Below, piece by piece: positions 29,490 through 40,918 of a stretch of 64,000 nt of DNA (position 1 is its first letter; each line of letters starts with the position of its first letter). Source of the stretch: Dehalococcoidia bacterium. Lineage in GTDB: Bacteria > Chloroflexota > Dehalococcoidia > GIF9 > AB-539-J10. The position numbers were made by a program, and so were the translations under genes. The notes beneath the pieces were generated by a model, which saw only the letters and a program-made list of their open reading frames with translations, was not told where the DNA came from and made no database searches. The DNA is taken from the NCBI GenBank assembly GCA_030612025.1, contig JAUWOR010000010.1, positions 1-64,000 of the forward strand. The letters are read 5' to 3'.

Positions 29490-30179
29490 CTAGAATAAAT
29501 TCTTGGCCTTCAGGCTCGAATAGCTTTTATCACAGACAATAATATGGTCCAGGACATCAATGCCCATGATTTCACCCGCCTTGGCCAGCCGCTTAGTTAA
29601 CTCGATATCCTCTTTTGATGGCCCTGGGTCGCCTGAAGGATGATTATGCACAAAGATTACCGAGGCAGCGCTGGAGGAGATAGCTTCCTTGAATACCTCG
29701 CGGGGGTGGACAATGCTAGTATCCAGGCTGCCCATAGAGATCGCCCGGCAATTTATGACATTGTTTCTAGTGCCTAAACAAAGAACCAAAAAGTGCTCCT
29801 TCTTCTTGCCTTTCAATTGGCTCTTTACTACGTTTACCACATCTTCTGGGGACTTGATTACTGGCTTCCCACTCACATCGACAGGGCTCTCCAGCCTCTT
29901 GCTCAATTCAACCGCAGCTTTAATCTGGGCTGCCTTGGCTGGACCAATACCTTTTATCTCGGTCAGTTCTTCTATGGAGGCATCGGCAACCCCCTTTAGA
30001 TTACCGAATCGGCTCAATAGCCTTTGAGCAGTTACCATGACGGATTCGCCTTTAACCCCTCGACCTAAGATTAAAGCTAAAATCTCCTGAGCCGAGAGAG
30101 CTTCACTACCCAGCTTAAGCAGCCTCTCCCGGGGACGCTCACTAAGAGGCAAGTCATGAACGGTAAAAGAGTTTTTCAT
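29490..30179 (-). CDS. radC: RadC family JAB-domain protein
   Basis: ERPRERL, VHPREVF, HNHPSGD, LDHII. Confidence 0.95.
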   Translation of the reverse strand: MKNSFTVHDLPLSERPRERLLKLGSEALSAQEILALILGRGVKGESVMVTAQRLLSRFGNLKGVADASIEELTEIKGIGPAKAAQIKAAVELSKRLESPVDVSGKPVIKSPEDVVNVVKSQLKGKKKEHFLVLCLGTRNNVINCRAISMGSLDTSIVHPREVFKEAISSSAASVIFVHNHPSGDPGPSKEDIELTKRLAKAGEIMGIDVLDHIIVCDKSYSSLKAKNLF

Positions 30180-30203
30180 AAGCTATCTCCTTAACTAACC
30201 TCG

Positions 30204-30353
30204 GTCTATTTGATTTTGCCTCAGATTCAAAACTAGATTTGGCTCATCTCCGGATTCTCGTAGTGCGACCCTTCAGGGTCGTGCACGAGGCTACCCCGTG
30301 TAGTAATCTTCGCTACTACACGGGGTAGCCTCGCACTACATTTTTAAACACCC
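30204..30353. mobile_element. MITE-like element with an R2 REP containing a nested hairpin
   Basis: Similar to 49436-49573; right end TTAAACACCC; nested TACCCCGTG..CACGGGGTA at 30292-30327. Confidence 0.55.
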
Positions 30354-31589
30354 TCCAACTTTCCTATATGACCGCCGCCAAGTCCATTCTTCTAAAGCTA
30401 AAGCACCGGCTAAAGCCAGTGATGCGGCCAAAGCTGATAACACGGCGATTAAGGCAGGATGTAGCCATACCATCTCAGCCTGAACCACCGGAGCTATCAG
30501 TGTTTCTCGCCAGCGGCTATCAAGCCCGTCTATGTCAAAACCATAAACCTGGGTTAAAGCTCCATCGTAGGTGTCACCTTCCTTGAAGAGGGTTAATAGA
30601 TTGAGCATTTTATTTTCGCCATAATTGCGGAGAAGGTATTCCACCAGGCTATAACTCTGAGCATAGGAGAGATAAGCTTTTTCTGGTTCAGCGGAAAACG
30701 GACTGCACAAGCTGCGGACAGAAATTAGCTTACCCTCAGAGATAGCCTTGCCCAAGTAGGCTCGGAAATAAGGGTCGAGCTCCCCCTCGTTATACATAGC
30801 TAAGCCCTCATCAAGCCAGGTGGGCAGTTCGCCATAGGGACTGAAAGTTGCCTGGTGAACGACTAAATGCGTCAGCTCGTGAACTAAAGCTTTTTTGCCC
30901 CAATCAAGTTGATTTGGTGAAATGCCGATGGCAATTATGCCAAACTCAGTAAAAGCAACACCCCCGGTCCACTCCCGGGGGAAAATCATGGCTCCTTGCA
31001 AGTCTCCGGCTGAAGCATAGATATATATTCTAATAGGCTTCGAGATTGCTTCGCCACTGTGCGCCTCGCAATGACTGATAGGCTTCAATCTAGCAAGCCC
31101 TTGCTCACAAGCATCTATTAATTCCTGAGCAAAAGAATCGTCTCCTTCATACCAGAAAAGGGTTAAATCACTCTTATTTAGGCTTTGCCAATCATAGCGG
31201 CCATCATCAAAATGCACTTCGGCTGGAGGAGTTTCAAGCTTATTTCCAGCAGCATCTCGCATCGTCCACCAATATGATATAGCTGCCCCAGGAGGCAAGC
31301 TCGATTTTCTCATATCCCAAACCCAACTAGTTTCTACTCTGGTTGCTGGAGCAAAGTCAGGCCACCCCTCGCTGGTAACCTGGGCGTAATTCATCCTATC
31401 CACCTGATAATGAAGGCGAGCATCAACAATATCAGCCTCACTCTCAGCTTCGATAGTGAAGACAAGCGCAATGGGAAAATGCACCTCTACGCTGCTATCC
31501 AAGACTGCGATGCCACTATCCGCCTTGACCAGGGAAGGGGTGAATAGTAAGAAAAGAAGTAGAGCTACTAAGCTAATACGCTTAATCAT
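30336..31589 (-). CDS. Secreted, membrane-anchored peptidase MA-family zinc metallopeptidase
   Basis: Signal peptide; HELTH + WLDEGLA (gluzincin); C-terminal TM. Confidence 0.85.
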   Translation of the reverse strand: MIKRISLVALLLFLLFTPSLVKADSGIAVLDSSVEVHFPIALVFTIEAESEADIVDARLHYQVDRMNYAQVTSEGWPDFAPATRVETSWVWDMRKSSLPPGAAISYWWTMRDAAGNKLETPPAEVHFDDGRYDWQSLNKSDLTLFWYEGDDSFAQELIDACEQGLARLKPISHCEAHSGEAISKPIRIYIYASAGDLQGAMIFPREWTGGVAFTEFGIIAIGISPNQLDWGKKALVHELTHLVVHQATFSPYGELPTWLDEGLAMYNEGELDPYFRAYLGKAISEGKLISVRSLCSPFSAEPEKAYLSYAQSYSLVEYLLRNYGENKMLNLLTLFKEGDTYDGALTQVYGFDIDGLDSRWRETLIAPVVQAEMVWLHPALIAVLSALAASLALAGALALEEWTWRRSYRKVGGCLKM

Positions 31590-32690
31590 TTCTCTTCGCC
31601 TACTTTGGAACGAAGATAGGCAGTGATAAATCCATCCAAATCTCCATCCAATACAGCCTCAGCATTGGCTACCTCATAGTTAGTGCGATGGTCTTTTACC
31701 ATTTTATAGGGATGAAGGACATAGCTTCTAATCTGACTCCCCCACTCAGCCTCGATACGCTTACCCTTAAGTTTCGCCTTTTCCTCCTCTTTCTTCACGC
31801 GCTCTAGCTCGAGGAGGCGAGTATAAAGGATTCTCAAGGCAGTCTCCTTATTCTGATGTTGAGACCTCTGACTCTGACAGGCAGCTACTAACCCGGTAGG
31901 CAAGTGAGTTATCCTAACAGCGCTGCTCGTCTTCTGCATATGTTGCCCACCAGGACCACTGGACCTAAAGGTATCTATTCTTAAATCTTCTGGGCTGATT
32001 TGGATATCCAATTCCTTCTCTACTTCAGGAAGAACTTCTACTAAGGCAAAAGAGGTATGCCGAGCATGATCAGCATCAAAGGGAGAAAGGCGAACCAACC
32101 TATGAACTCCATGCTCACATTTAAGATAGCCATAGGCGTAATCCCCTTTAACTTCCACGATGGCACTTTTGATGCCAGCTTCCTCACCAGGAGAGACATC
32201 CAATATTTCAGCTTGATAATCATGCCGCTCTGCCCACCTGAGGTACATCCGGAGTAACATATTTACCCAATCCTGAGACTCCGTGCCACCAGCGCCACTA
32301 TGAAGGGCAAGCATGGCATTTCTGGCATCGTAATCACCACTGAAAATCAACTGGCTCTCCAATCGCTCAAACTGAGAGGCCAATTTCTTCAACTCCTGCT
32401 GCATCTCCGCCTTAAGGGAATAATCACCTTCCTCAACAGCTAGAGTTGCCATATCATAAAGGTCAGCGACTTCCCTCTCCAGCTGGCGCCAATTATGGAC
32501 TAAATTTTTCTTCACCCCGAGCTGACGCATAATAGCTTGAGCTTTAGCCGAGTCACGCCAGAAATCGGGACTAGCTGATTCTGCCTCTACCCGGGCAATC
32601 TCCTTCTCTTTACCAGGAATGTCAAAGATGCACCATTATATCTGAGATTCGGCGGTGTAAAGCTTCTAAATTTTCCCTTTCTTCCTCCAT
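31586..32690 (-). CDS. prfB: Peptide chain release factor 2 with programmed +1 frameshift
   Basis: AGGAGG RBS, ATG 32690 MEEERENL..VHL, slippery CTT TGA C at 32627-32621; SPF and GGQ motifs. Confidence 0.95.
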
Positions 32691-32704
32691 TTATCCTCCT
32701 TATA

Positions 32705-33406
32705 TCAACTAAATAACTTCCCTTGATAACTTGGCTCAAAGACTAGGTTGCCACCAGCAGCGAGGTGAGCTAAACGAGTAGGCTCAGGAAGACGATAGCC
32801 ACGACAACACTTCGTCACCCAGTATAGAGCCGAGGCAAGGTCAATTTTGTGACCTACAGAAACATATATCGGTTTCGTTCCAATTTTAGTTCTTAATGCT
32901 GCTCCAATAATCTCGCCATTATCAACCAGCTCAGCATGGCAACCAACTTTCGCCCCTACAGGCTCATGCCTGCCGCAAAGAATAGATTTAGCACAACCTA
33001 TGGTGGGCACATTGAGAAAAAGTCCCAAATGTGAGGCAAGCCCTAACCGCCTGGGATGAGCTATCCCTTGACCATCAACTAGAACAAAGTCAGGGGTATT
33101 ACATAGCTTTTCACAAGCAGCCAGTATTAAAGGGCACTCCCGGAAGGATAATAGGCCTGGTATGTAGGGGAAAGTAATCTTGCTTTCAGCAGTTTTAATT
33201 TCCACTACACTAAACTCAGGATAGCTAAGGACCACCACTGCTCCTCGAGCTATGCCTTGAGAGTTGGGAGAAGATATATCAACGCCGGCAACAAGATGTG
33301 GATTAATGCCCTGGTTCTTAGTCACTACTTTTCTTGCCAAGCTCAATTGTATCTCCTTAGCTTGAGCAAAGTTCATCTCCCACCCATGCAATTTGTTTAC
33401 TTTCAT
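32705..33406 (-). CDS. nfi: Endonuclease V
   Basis: AGVD, FPYIPGLLSFRE, DGQGIAHPRRLGLA, PEPTRLAH. Confidence 0.95.
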   Translation of the reverse strand: MKVNKLHGWEMNFAQAKEIQLSLARKVVTKNQGINPHLVAGVDISSPNSQGIARGAVVVLSYPEFSVVEIKTAESKITFPYIPGLLSFRECPLILAACEKLCNTPDFVLVDGQGIAHPRRLGLASHLGLFLNVPTIGCAKSILCGRHEPVGAKVGCHAELVDNGEIIGAALRTKIGTKPIYVSVGHKIDLASALYWVTKCCRGYRLPEPTRLAHLAAGGNLVFEPSYQGKLFS

Positions 33407-33465
33407 AATCTTATTGAATTATAAAGCATTCTTCCCCAATGGCAAACCTTAAAGCCACAAAACCA

Positions 33466-33494
33466 TTGACAATTACAATTGCTTAAGAGATAAT
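33466..33494 (+). promoter_or_regulatory. Sigma70 promoter of rpsP, predicted leaderless
   Basis: TTGACA-17 bp-GATAAT, 6 nt before the GTG start. Confidence 0.65.
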
Positions 33495-33500
33495 AGTTAA

Positions 33501-33776
33501 GTGGTTAAAATCAGATTACGCCGGGTAGGAAGGAAACATAAACCAATCTACCGAGTGGTAGTAGCTAATAGCCGGTCACCTCGTGATGGCAAATTTATCG
33601 AGACCATCGGACATTACAATCCTTTAACCGACCCGGCTACTGTTGATATTAACGAGGAAAAAGCATTAAAATGGCTTAACTGTGGGGCTCAGCCCACAGA
33701 TACTGTTTATAGCTTATTGCGCAAATTAGGCATTATGGATAAATTTAAGCAACAGCAAACCTCAAACCAAAATTAG
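33501..33776 (+). CDS. rpsP: 30S ribosomal protein S16
   Basis: [28 protein letters not shown]. Confidence 0.97.
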   Translation: MVKIRLRRVGRKHKPIYRVVVANSRSPRDGKFIETIGHYNPLTDPATVDINEEKALKWLNCGAQPTDTVYSLLRKLGIMDKFKQQQTSNQN

Positions 33777-33792
33777 CTGTTAAGGAGACAAA

Positions 33793-34020
33793 ATGAAGGA
33801 GTTAGTAGAATACATTGTTAAATCCATCGTGGCAGAGCCAGACAAGGTAAACATTACTGAAGAAAATAGTGATATAGGCTTATTGATCAAATTGGAAGTC
33901 GCTCCGGAGGATAAAGGCAGGGTTATCGGTAGACAAGGACGGGTAGCCGAAGCGATACGCACTTTACTCCGAGTAAAGGCAGCCAGGGCTGATACTAGAG
34001 TCAGATTAGAAATATTGTAA
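33793..34020 (+). CDS. khpA: KH-domain RNA-binding protein
   Basis: DKGRVIGRQGR; follows rpsP. Confidence 0.9.
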   Translation: MKELVEYIVKSIVAEPDKVNITEENSDIGLLIKLEVAPEDKGRVIGRQGRVAEAIRTLLRVKAARADTRVRLEIL

Positions 34021-34356
34021 CCAGGACACTAGTTTGCCTGCCCCTTTTATGGAGCATTAAATTTTGCCTCCCCAACTTTAAAAATGGCATATTTCGTCAA
34101 GGGTGGGGCGGTGAGTTCGTTTATGATATGGGACGATTAATAGCGCCAATATGCCTGCAACTCTCAATACGCCTAAATCGAAATGCAATCCTGCCAATCA
34201 CAATCGCTAGCTAGACCAATACTCCCTATACGAGCAGTGAAACCCATAGCTAAAAATCTAGCTGCTTAAAAGAAACCCAGATGCCAATTCAAAATGGAAT
34301 ACAGCAATATTTAAAAAGCTGTTGCCAATGCCGAGACGAAGCCAACCCATGAATCT

Positions 34357-34878
34357 TCAAGATTTGCGCTTCTTAAAATCTTCTAGATCAAGTGTATTTA
34401 TGAAGTCTTTATACGCCGACAACCTCTTCAGTTCCTCCTCGCTGACCTTGCCTTTAGAAATAGGCTTACCTGTTTCCTCTTCAAGCGTAATGCCAGCTTT
34501 ATCCAGTACCGATTCTTCAGCATATATCGGCGCCCCAGTTCTTACCGCTAAGGCTAAAGCATCGCTAGGCCGAGAATCAATCTCGACCTCCGTGCCATCA
34601 ACGCTAAGAAAAAGCTTGGCATAAAAGGTATCATTTTGAAGTTCATTAACCACAATAAAATTAACCGAAGCTCCTAAAGCACTAATGACAGATTGTAACA
34701 AATCGTGTGTCAGGGGGCGGGACAACTCGATATTCGCCAGTTTTACCGCAATAGCATCTGCCACGTCAGGACCAATCCAGATAGGCAAATACCGGTTAGC
34801 CATTTTCTCCTTCAAAATGACCACGCACTGATTCCTCATTGCCGTTGCCCGGAGTTGATTAATTTCCATCTCTATCAT
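34357..34878 (-). CDS. Bifunctional nuclease family protein (DUF151)
   Basis: LPIWIG, RPLTHDL, TFYA, IDSRPSDALALA. Confidence 0.9.
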   Translation of the reverse strand: MIEMEINQLRATAMRNQCVVILKEKMANRYLPIWIGPDVADAIAVKLANIELSRPLTHDLLQSVISALGASVNFIVVNELQNDTFYAKLFLSVDGTEVEIDSRPSDALALAVRTGAPIYAEESVLDKAGITLEEETGKPISKGKVSEEELKRLSAYKDFINTLDLEDFKKRKS

Positions 34879-35026
34879 AGTAACACCCCCTTTAGCCAAG
34901 CTTTTATTTTACCCCTATAAATCCTACTGAATAAATAAACTTAAGTCAACTATTTTAGCCGATTTAGCCAAAATTGGCTCCTTTTCAATTACTACGATTT
35001 GGAATTGTTTAGAAACAACTATTACC

Positions 35027-35113
35027 TGTCATTCTGAGTCCTTCATTCCTTGTCATTCTGAGGGATTAGCCGAAGCCCTGAGCAGAGCGAAGGGACAGTG
35101 ACCGAAGAATCTC
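35027..35113. repeat. GTCATTCTGAG..GAAGAATCTC palindromic repeat cluster
   Basis: Related to 14748-14804 and 58612-58666. Confidence 0.65.
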
Positions 35114-35209
35114 ATATCGCTCAGTGTAAGCATTTGTTTGACCCCACCCCACGTGATACAATTCAACCATCACGGCAAAGGGAGGCGTAGAAGCAAAACT
35201 AAGGCTTTG

Positions 35210-36223
35210 ATGGTTCACGAATTGGGCATACGGCAGCAAATGGAGGAGCGAGAGGAAAGCCTTTCCCCTTATGCCGCTAAGAGCAAATTCAGCCGGGGCA
35301 GGCTGAGATGGGAGGAGCCATGTCCTATAAGAACTTGCTTTCAGCGCGATCGTGACCGTATCATCCACTCCAAAGCTTTTCGCCGCCTCAAGCATAAGAC
35401 ACAGGTCTTTATTGCCCCTTTAGGTGACCATTATGTCACCAGGCTTACTCATACCCTGGAGGTCTCCCAAATTGCCAGAACTATATCACGAGCCTCGAAT
35501 CTTAACGAGGATTTAAGCGAAGCTATCGCCTTAGGACATGACTTGGGGCATACTCCTTTTGGTCATATAGGTGAAGAGGTTTTAAACGAACTTTACCCCG
35601 GTGGCTTCAGACATAATGAGCAAAGCTTGCGAGTAGTTGACCTATTGGAGAAAGATGGGCAGGGACTTAATCTTACCTGGGAAGTGCGAGACGGCATCCT
35701 TAAACATTCCAAAGGGGAAGCAGATATCTTAGGAGAAGAATGGGAAAATATGAGCACCCTAGAAGGTCAAGTATGCAAATTAGCAGATATCGTTGCTTAT
35801 GTTAACCACGATATTGGTGACGCTATAAGGGCTGGCATCATTAGCGAAAACGACTTGCCTGAGCAAGCAGTGAAAATCCTAGGCCATACACATTCCCAAC
35901 GAATTAATACCCTGGTCTGCGATGTTGTGAACTGCTCTTGGGCAAAACCAATTATCTCTATGAGCCCGGAAGTCCTCAGGGCAACTAATAGCCTCCGCCA
36001 GTTCCTATTTGAAAAAGTATATAATCCCAGCTTAGCCACCAAAGAAGCAGCCAAGGCAAAAAAAACACTGCACCTTCTCTACTCCTATTTCCTGAAACAT
36101 GAAGATGAATTACCCCCAGAATTTGCCTCCCTGGACGATACCGGGGAACGCAAAGTTGTCGATTACATTGCTGGAATGACTGACCAATATGCGCTACGAT
36201 TAGCCGAGGAGATATTCAAATGA
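35210..36223 (+). CDS. dgt: dGTP triphosphohydrolase-like protein
   Basis: [34 protein letters not shown]. Confidence 0.93.
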   Translation: MVHELGIRQQMEEREESLSPYAAKSKFSRGRLRWEEPCPIRTCFQRDRDRIIHSKAFRRLKHKTQVFIAPLGDHYVTRLTHTLEVSQIARTISRASNLNEDLSEAIALGHDLGHTPFGHIGEEVLNELYPGGFRHNEQSLRVVDLLEKDGQGLNLTWEVRDGILKHSKGEADILGEEWENMSTLEGQVCKLADIVAYVNHDIGDAIRAGIISENDLPEQAVKILGHTHSQRINTLVCDVVNCSWAKPIISMSPEVLRATNSLRQFLFEKVYNPSLATKEAAKAKKTLHLLYSYFLKHEDELPPEFASLDDTGERKVVDYIAGMTDQYALRLAEEIFK

Positions 36224-38073
36224 GCGTCATCAGCGAAGTAAAACAAAAAATGGACATTGTAGAAGTCATCTCTGATTACATTGCTTTACAAAAAGCAGGG
36301 CGTAATTTTAAAGCTTTATGTCCCTTTCACAGCGAGAAACACCCCTCCTTTTTTGTCTTCCCAGAACAACAGACCTGGCACTGCTTTGGCGCCTGTGGCA
36401 CCGGAGGCGATGTCTTCTCCTTCCTCATGAAGAAGGAAGGAATTGATTTTGGTCAAGCTCTCCGCCTCTTAGCTCAAAGAGCAGGTATAACTCTAATTTC
36501 ACCCGCGATATCAAGAAGCGCTGAAGATAAAAAGAGGGAGAGATTATTCCAGATTAATGAGGCAACAGCTGAATACTACCACCACTTACTTTTAAATACT
36601 AAAGCCGGTGAGCCAGCTAGAGCTTATCTCAGCAAAAGAAAGATCACACCCGAAACTATGGAGAAATTCCGATTAGGTTTTAGCCCCGATAGTTGGGAAG
36701 CACTAAAGAAATTCTTAATGAGCAAAGGATATGAAGAAAGGGAACTATTTGAAGTTGGCTTGATAATAGAGAAGGAGGGGGGAGGTAATTATGATAGGTT
36801 TCGCAACCGATTGATGTTCCCCATATGTGATATTCAAGGCCGGGTCACTGGCTTTGGAGCAAGGGTATTAGATGAATCTTTACCTAAATACATTAACTCG
36901 CCTCAGACACCAATTTTTGATAAGAGCGGCAACCTTTACGGCATTGACCAGGCTAAGCTCGCTGCTAGACAAAAAAACTTGGTAATAATCGTCGAGGGTT
37001 ATATGGATGTCCTTAGAGCCCATCAACATGGCTGGCAAAATGTAGTTGCCTCAATGGGAACCTCCGTGACTGAAAAACAAGTAGCCATTGTTAAGAGGTC
37101 AAGCAAAAATATAGCTCTATCTCTTGATGCCGATGCTGCCGGAGAGGAAGCTACTTTGCGAAGTGCCGAGGTATTAATTGATTCCCTAGAAAAAAAGGTA
37201 ACGCCAATCCCTACCTGGTCTGGATTAGTAAAATACGAAAATATTCTTAATGCTGAGATAAAGGTTATTCCTTTGCCTCAGGGCAAAGACCCCGATAAAG
37301 TGATAGATGAGAGTCCCGACCTTTGGCAAAACCTAGTGGAACAAGCCCTACCTATGCTGGATTTTGCCTTTGAGACTATAATAAGTAAGATTGATTTCAA
37401 TAAAGCCAAGGATAAGTCTCTAGCGATACAGAAATTGCTGCCCTTAGTTTATGAAATAAAAGACCCCGTACGGCAAGCTCACTATGTGCAAAAATTAGCC
37501 CGCCGACTAACCATTAGCGAATCTATACTGGCAGCCACTTTGAGAAAATCACCAGCCGCTAAGAAAAGACAACGATTAAGTGAGGCAATAGAACAATCTC
37601 GCTTCACTCAGCAACTCGTGTCCAACCCTGTTGAGGAATATTGTTTGGCCCTGCTCCTCCAGTATCCCGAGCTCCGCCAGCTAGCTCAAGAGCTGTCGGT
37701 GGAGCACTTCGAAAGCACCGAGAATCGCGAGATTTTCATCAAGTGGCAACGCACCGAAGATATTTCCAAGCTTAAAGAGAAACTTGACGCTAATCTATTA
37801 GAACACTTAAACTACTTAATGAATAAGCCAATTCTGGATGAAAATGACTGGGAGCGGCAACACGCTCTAGACGATTGCATTCTTAGTTTGCAAGAGAGAT
37901 TCTCAAGAAGGTTGGAGGCTGGTAGAGAACTAATGTTTAATCTTACCCGGGAGAAAGAGGGCCTGAATGCCGAGCTAGCTAAACTGGATGAACAGGGAAT
38001 AAGTTCCAGTGAGCAACTCAAGGAGATCTTCATTAAACGAGGGAAACCAGCGAGAACAAAAGAGGTTAGATGA
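36220..38073 (+). CDS. dnaG: DNA primase
   Basis: CPFH zinc finger, KYINSP, EGYMD, DADAAG. Confidence 0.97.
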   Translation: MSVISEVKQKMDIVEVISDYIALQKAGRNFKALCPFHSEKHPSFFVFPEQQTWHCFGACGTGGDVFSFLMKKEGIDFGQALRLLAQRAGITLISPAISRSAEDKKRERLFQINEATAEYYHHLLLNTKAGEPARAYLSKRKITPETMEKFRLGFSPDSWEALKKFLMSKGYEERELFEVGLIIEKEGGGNYDRFRNRLMFPICDIQGRVTGFGARVLDESLPKYINSPQTPIFDKSGNLYGIDQAKLAARQKNLVIIVEGYMDVLRAHQHGWQNVVASMGTSVTEKQVAIVKRSSKNIALSLDADAAGEEATLRSAEVLIDSLEKKVTPIPTWSGLVKYENILNAEIKVIPLPQGKDPDKVIDESPDLWQNLVEQALPMLDFAFETIISKIDFNKAKDKSLAIQKLLPLVYEIKDPVRQAHYVQKLARRLTISESILAATLRKSPAAKKRQRLSEAIEQSRFTQQLVSNPVEEYCLALLLQYPELRQLAQELSVEHFESTENREIFIKWQRTEDISKLKEKLDANLLEHLNYLMNKPILDENDWERQHALDDCILSLQERFSRRLEAGRELMFNLTREKEGLNAELAKLDEQGISSSEQLKEIFIKRGKPARTKEVR

Positions 38074-39533
38074 TGGATTTAATTAAAGGCAGAACTCCTG
38101 GCATAAATGAGGATGAGGAATCACCTCCAGAAGAGACTCCCGCCGACGAGGGTGAAGCTGAGGTTAGTGGTGCCGCATTTGAGGAAGAGACTGCGGAGGA
38201 AGTGACCACTAAAGAAGCTAAGCCACAAGTAATAGCGGCGGAGGAACAGGAGATAATTGATGACTTAGCTCGCATGTACCTTCGCGACATCGGCAGGGTG
38301 CCACTTCTCACAGCTGCTGAAGAGAAGGAACTATCCAGCAAAATAGAGCAAAGAAACCACTTGAGGAAAATTGAAGACGCACACTTCAAGAAGCACAGGA
38401 AATTTCCTTCAGCAGTTGACATAGTAGTTGATCTAATTTCTCAACTATCCCGGGCTTACCCTATCATGGAAGTCGTCAAAGAGCACTGTGGCATCGAGAA
38501 CTCTTGTAGTCTAGCAGAGACAAGCACAAATCCTAAATTTCGCGCTGCTATCGATAATGAGCTAGCCTTAGAATTGGTAACAGCCATTGCCCAAAAGACA
38601 GGCAAAGAAACTGCCGCAGCAGAGGAAGCCATAATAAACCTTTCTTTGAACAGCCGCCTCTTGCCACCACAATCGTTGGTCCTTATTGGAGATAAAACTT
38701 CAGGGCAAGAGATAAAGGCTCTCCTAGCTAGCAACAAATTCCTCTCCCAGCTTCACTCCTATAACGAGCAGTTTAAAACCCACTTTGAAGAGGTAAGGGC
38801 TGAGGCAAAAAGGGCAGAAGAACACCTCACTGAGGCAAACCTGCGCCTGGTGGTTAGCATAGCCAGGAAATACATCGGACATGGTATGTCCCTCCTCGAC
38901 CTTATCCAAGAGGGGAATATTGGCCTTATGCGAGCGGTAGACAAGTTTCGGCATAGAAAAGGTTACAAGTTCAGCACTTACGCCACTTGGTGGATCAGAC
39001 AAGGCACCACCCGATCCATAGCTGACCAATCTCGCACTATTCGCATCCCAGTGCATATGGTAGAAACAATCAATAAGTTACTGCGGACGATGCGACAGCT
39101 AACTCAGGAACTTGGGCGCGAACCAAGCTATAAAGAAATTGGCGACCAATTAAATATGACTCCCGAAAGGGTAGAGGAAATTATAGGCCTATTTCACCAT
39201 GAGCCGATATCGCTGGAGACACCTATCGGCGCAGAGGAGAACAGTCGCCTGGGGGACTTTGTCGAAGACCGTACTAGCCTGGCGCCAATCGAAGCTGCTT
39301 CACAGCAGTTACTCAAAGAACAGATAGATAGGGTGCTTGATGAGCTTACCCCAAGGGAGAAAAGGGTGCTACAGCTCAGATTCGGCCTCAAGGATGGACA
39401 TACCCGAACCTTGGAAGAAGTGGGGCAAGAATTCAATGTAACTCGAGAGAGGATTCGCCAGATTGAAGCTAAAGCTTTGCGCAAGTTGCGCCACCCTAGC
39501 AAGAGTCGAAAACTCAGGGATTATTTAGAGTAA
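38070..39533 (+). CDS. rpoD: Primary sigma factor
   Basis: [41 protein letters not shown]. Confidence 0.93.
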   Translation: MMDLIKGRTPGINEDEESPPEETPADEGEAEVSGAAFEEETAEEVTTKEAKPQVIAAEEQEIIDDLARMYLRDIGRVPLLTAAEEKELSSKIEQRNHLRKIEDAHFKKHRKFPSAVDIVVDLISQLSRAYPIMEVVKEHCGIENSCSLAETSTNPKFRAAIDNELALELVTAIAQKTGKETAAAEEAIINLSLNSRLLPPQSLVLIGDKTSGQEIKALLASNKFLSQLHSYNEQFKTHFEEVRAEAKRAEEHLTEANLRLVVSIARKYIGHGMSLLDLIQEGNIGLMRAVDKFRHRKGYKFSTYATWWIRQGTTRSIADQSRTIRIPVHMVETINKLLRTMRQLTQELGREPSYKEIGDQLNMTPERVEEIIGLFHHEPISLETPIGAEENSRLGDFVEDRTSLAPIEAASQQLLKEQIDRVLDELTPREKRVLQLRFGLKDGHTRTLEEVGQEFNVTRERIRQIEAKALRKLRHPSKSRKLRDYLE

Positions 39534-39575
39534 GCGCTACCAAATTGGTTAGCTCTTGTATCGGATAAATCGATT

Positions 39576-40052
39576 ATGGAACAGCTCTGGGCACCATGGC
39601 GAATACAATATGTTACTAGGCCGAAGGAGACCGTCTGCATCCTGTGCCAAAAATCTAAAGAAAATAAGGACGAGACGAACTTCATCCTTCACCGCAGCCA
39701 AAATAACTTCATAATCTTGAATGCCTTCCCCTATAACCCGGGACACCTAATGATAGCCCCTTATCGCCATATAGCAAATCTGCAGGACTTATCAGATGCC
39801 GAGATAACAGACCACTTCAATCTGGTGAAGAAAAGCTTGGCTCTTTTAAAAGAGATACTTAATCCCGATGGCTTCAACATAGGTTTAAACATAGGCAAGG
39901 TCGCTGGAGCTGGAATAGAAGAACATCTCCATACTCATATAGTGCCCCGATGGCAAGGTGATGTTAACTTTATGCCCGTATTGTCCAATACCAGGGTAAT
40001 ATCAGAGGGGTTAGCTGCCACTTATAAAAAGCTAAGGGTCGCTATTGAGTAA
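39576..40052 (+). CDS. HIT family hydrolase
   Basis: LWAPWR, HLHTHIVPRW. Confidence 0.92.
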   Translation: MEQLWAPWRIQYVTRPKETVCILCQKSKENKDETNFILHRSQNNFIILNAFPYNPGHLMIAPYRHIANLQDLSDAEITDHFNLVKKSLALLKEILNPDGFNIGLNIGKVAGAGIEEHLHTHIVPRWQGDVNFMPVLSNTRVISEGLAATYKKLRVAIE

Positions 40053-40056
40053 ATTG

Positions 40057-40872
40057 CTACTCAGCTTGAGGATAAGAGCCTAGAACTTTGACAAAGGTGG
40101 TTACTTGTTCAAGCTCTTTTATAGCCTCTTGATAAACTTCACTATCTATGTGCCCTTCAAAATCGGTATAAAAAACATACTCCCACGGTTTGCTTTTACT
40201 TGGCCTGGACTCTAATTTCGTCAGATTTATATTCCTAATGGCGAATATGCCCAAGACTTTATATAGGGCACCAGGCACATTTTCCGTGGCAACGACGAGA
40301 GAGGTCTTGTTTTTTAATGCTGGCTTAGTTTTCTCCCTTGAGATAGCAAAAAACCTGGTGTAATTATTAACATTAGTTTCAATTTCGGGTGCCAAGATCT
40401 CTAAAGCATAAATATTAGCCGCTCTCTTACTAGCTATAGCAGCACATCCCTTCAGTTCTCTCTCCTTTATCATTTTGGCGCTGCCAGCAGTATCATAACT
40501 AGGCACAACTTCGACCTTCAATTTGGTTAGAAATTCCTCACATTGAGCCAAAGCTTGGGGATGAGAGTAAATCGTTCTTATACTAGTCAGATTTTCCCCA
40601 GGCAAAGCCATTAGGCAGTGGCTTACTCTGAGAATGACCTCAGCAAATATATTAAGAGGATATGCTAGTAACAAATCATAGGTCTCAGCTAATGTACCAG
40701 CTTGAGAGTTCTCCACAGGGACTACGCCAAAATCAACGCTGACTTCCAACACAGCCTGGAAAACGTCTCGGAGGTGGATACAAGGCAAAAAATCGCTGCC
40801 CTCACCAAAAAGCTTCACCGCAGCATCCTCACTAAAAGCACCCCTTTCTCCTTGAAAAGCAACCTTAATCAT
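40057..40872 (-). CDS. pheA: Prephenate dehydratase
   Basis: GAFSE, PVENS, SHPQALAQC, TRF, LESRP. Confidence 0.95.
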   Translation of the reverse strand: MIKVAFQGERGAFSEDAAVKLFGEGSDFLPCIHLRDVFQAVLEVSVDFGVVPVENSQAGTLAETYDLLLAYPLNIFAEVILRVSHCLMALPGENLTSIRTIYSHPQALAQCEEFLTKLKVEVVPSYDTAGSAKMIKERELKGCAAIASKRAANIYALEILAPEIETNVNNYTRFFAISREKTKPALKNKTSLVVATENVPGALYKVLGIFAIRNINLTKLESRPSKSKPWEYVFYTDFEGHIDSEVYQEAIKELEQVTTFVKVLGSYPQAE

Positions 40873-40918
40873 TGTTCCACTAAGTATAGCTTGGTTGTTT
40901 CCGCTTTTCCATTATAAA

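Noticed and set aside
32621-32627. In-frame stop in prfB as a pseudogene or novelty
   Set aside because: Canonical CTT TGA C programmed frameshift of RF2
34021-34356. Intergenic gap after rpsP-khpA where rimM/trmD often lie
   Set aside because: No recognisable remnant, RNA gene or repeat; cannot support a call
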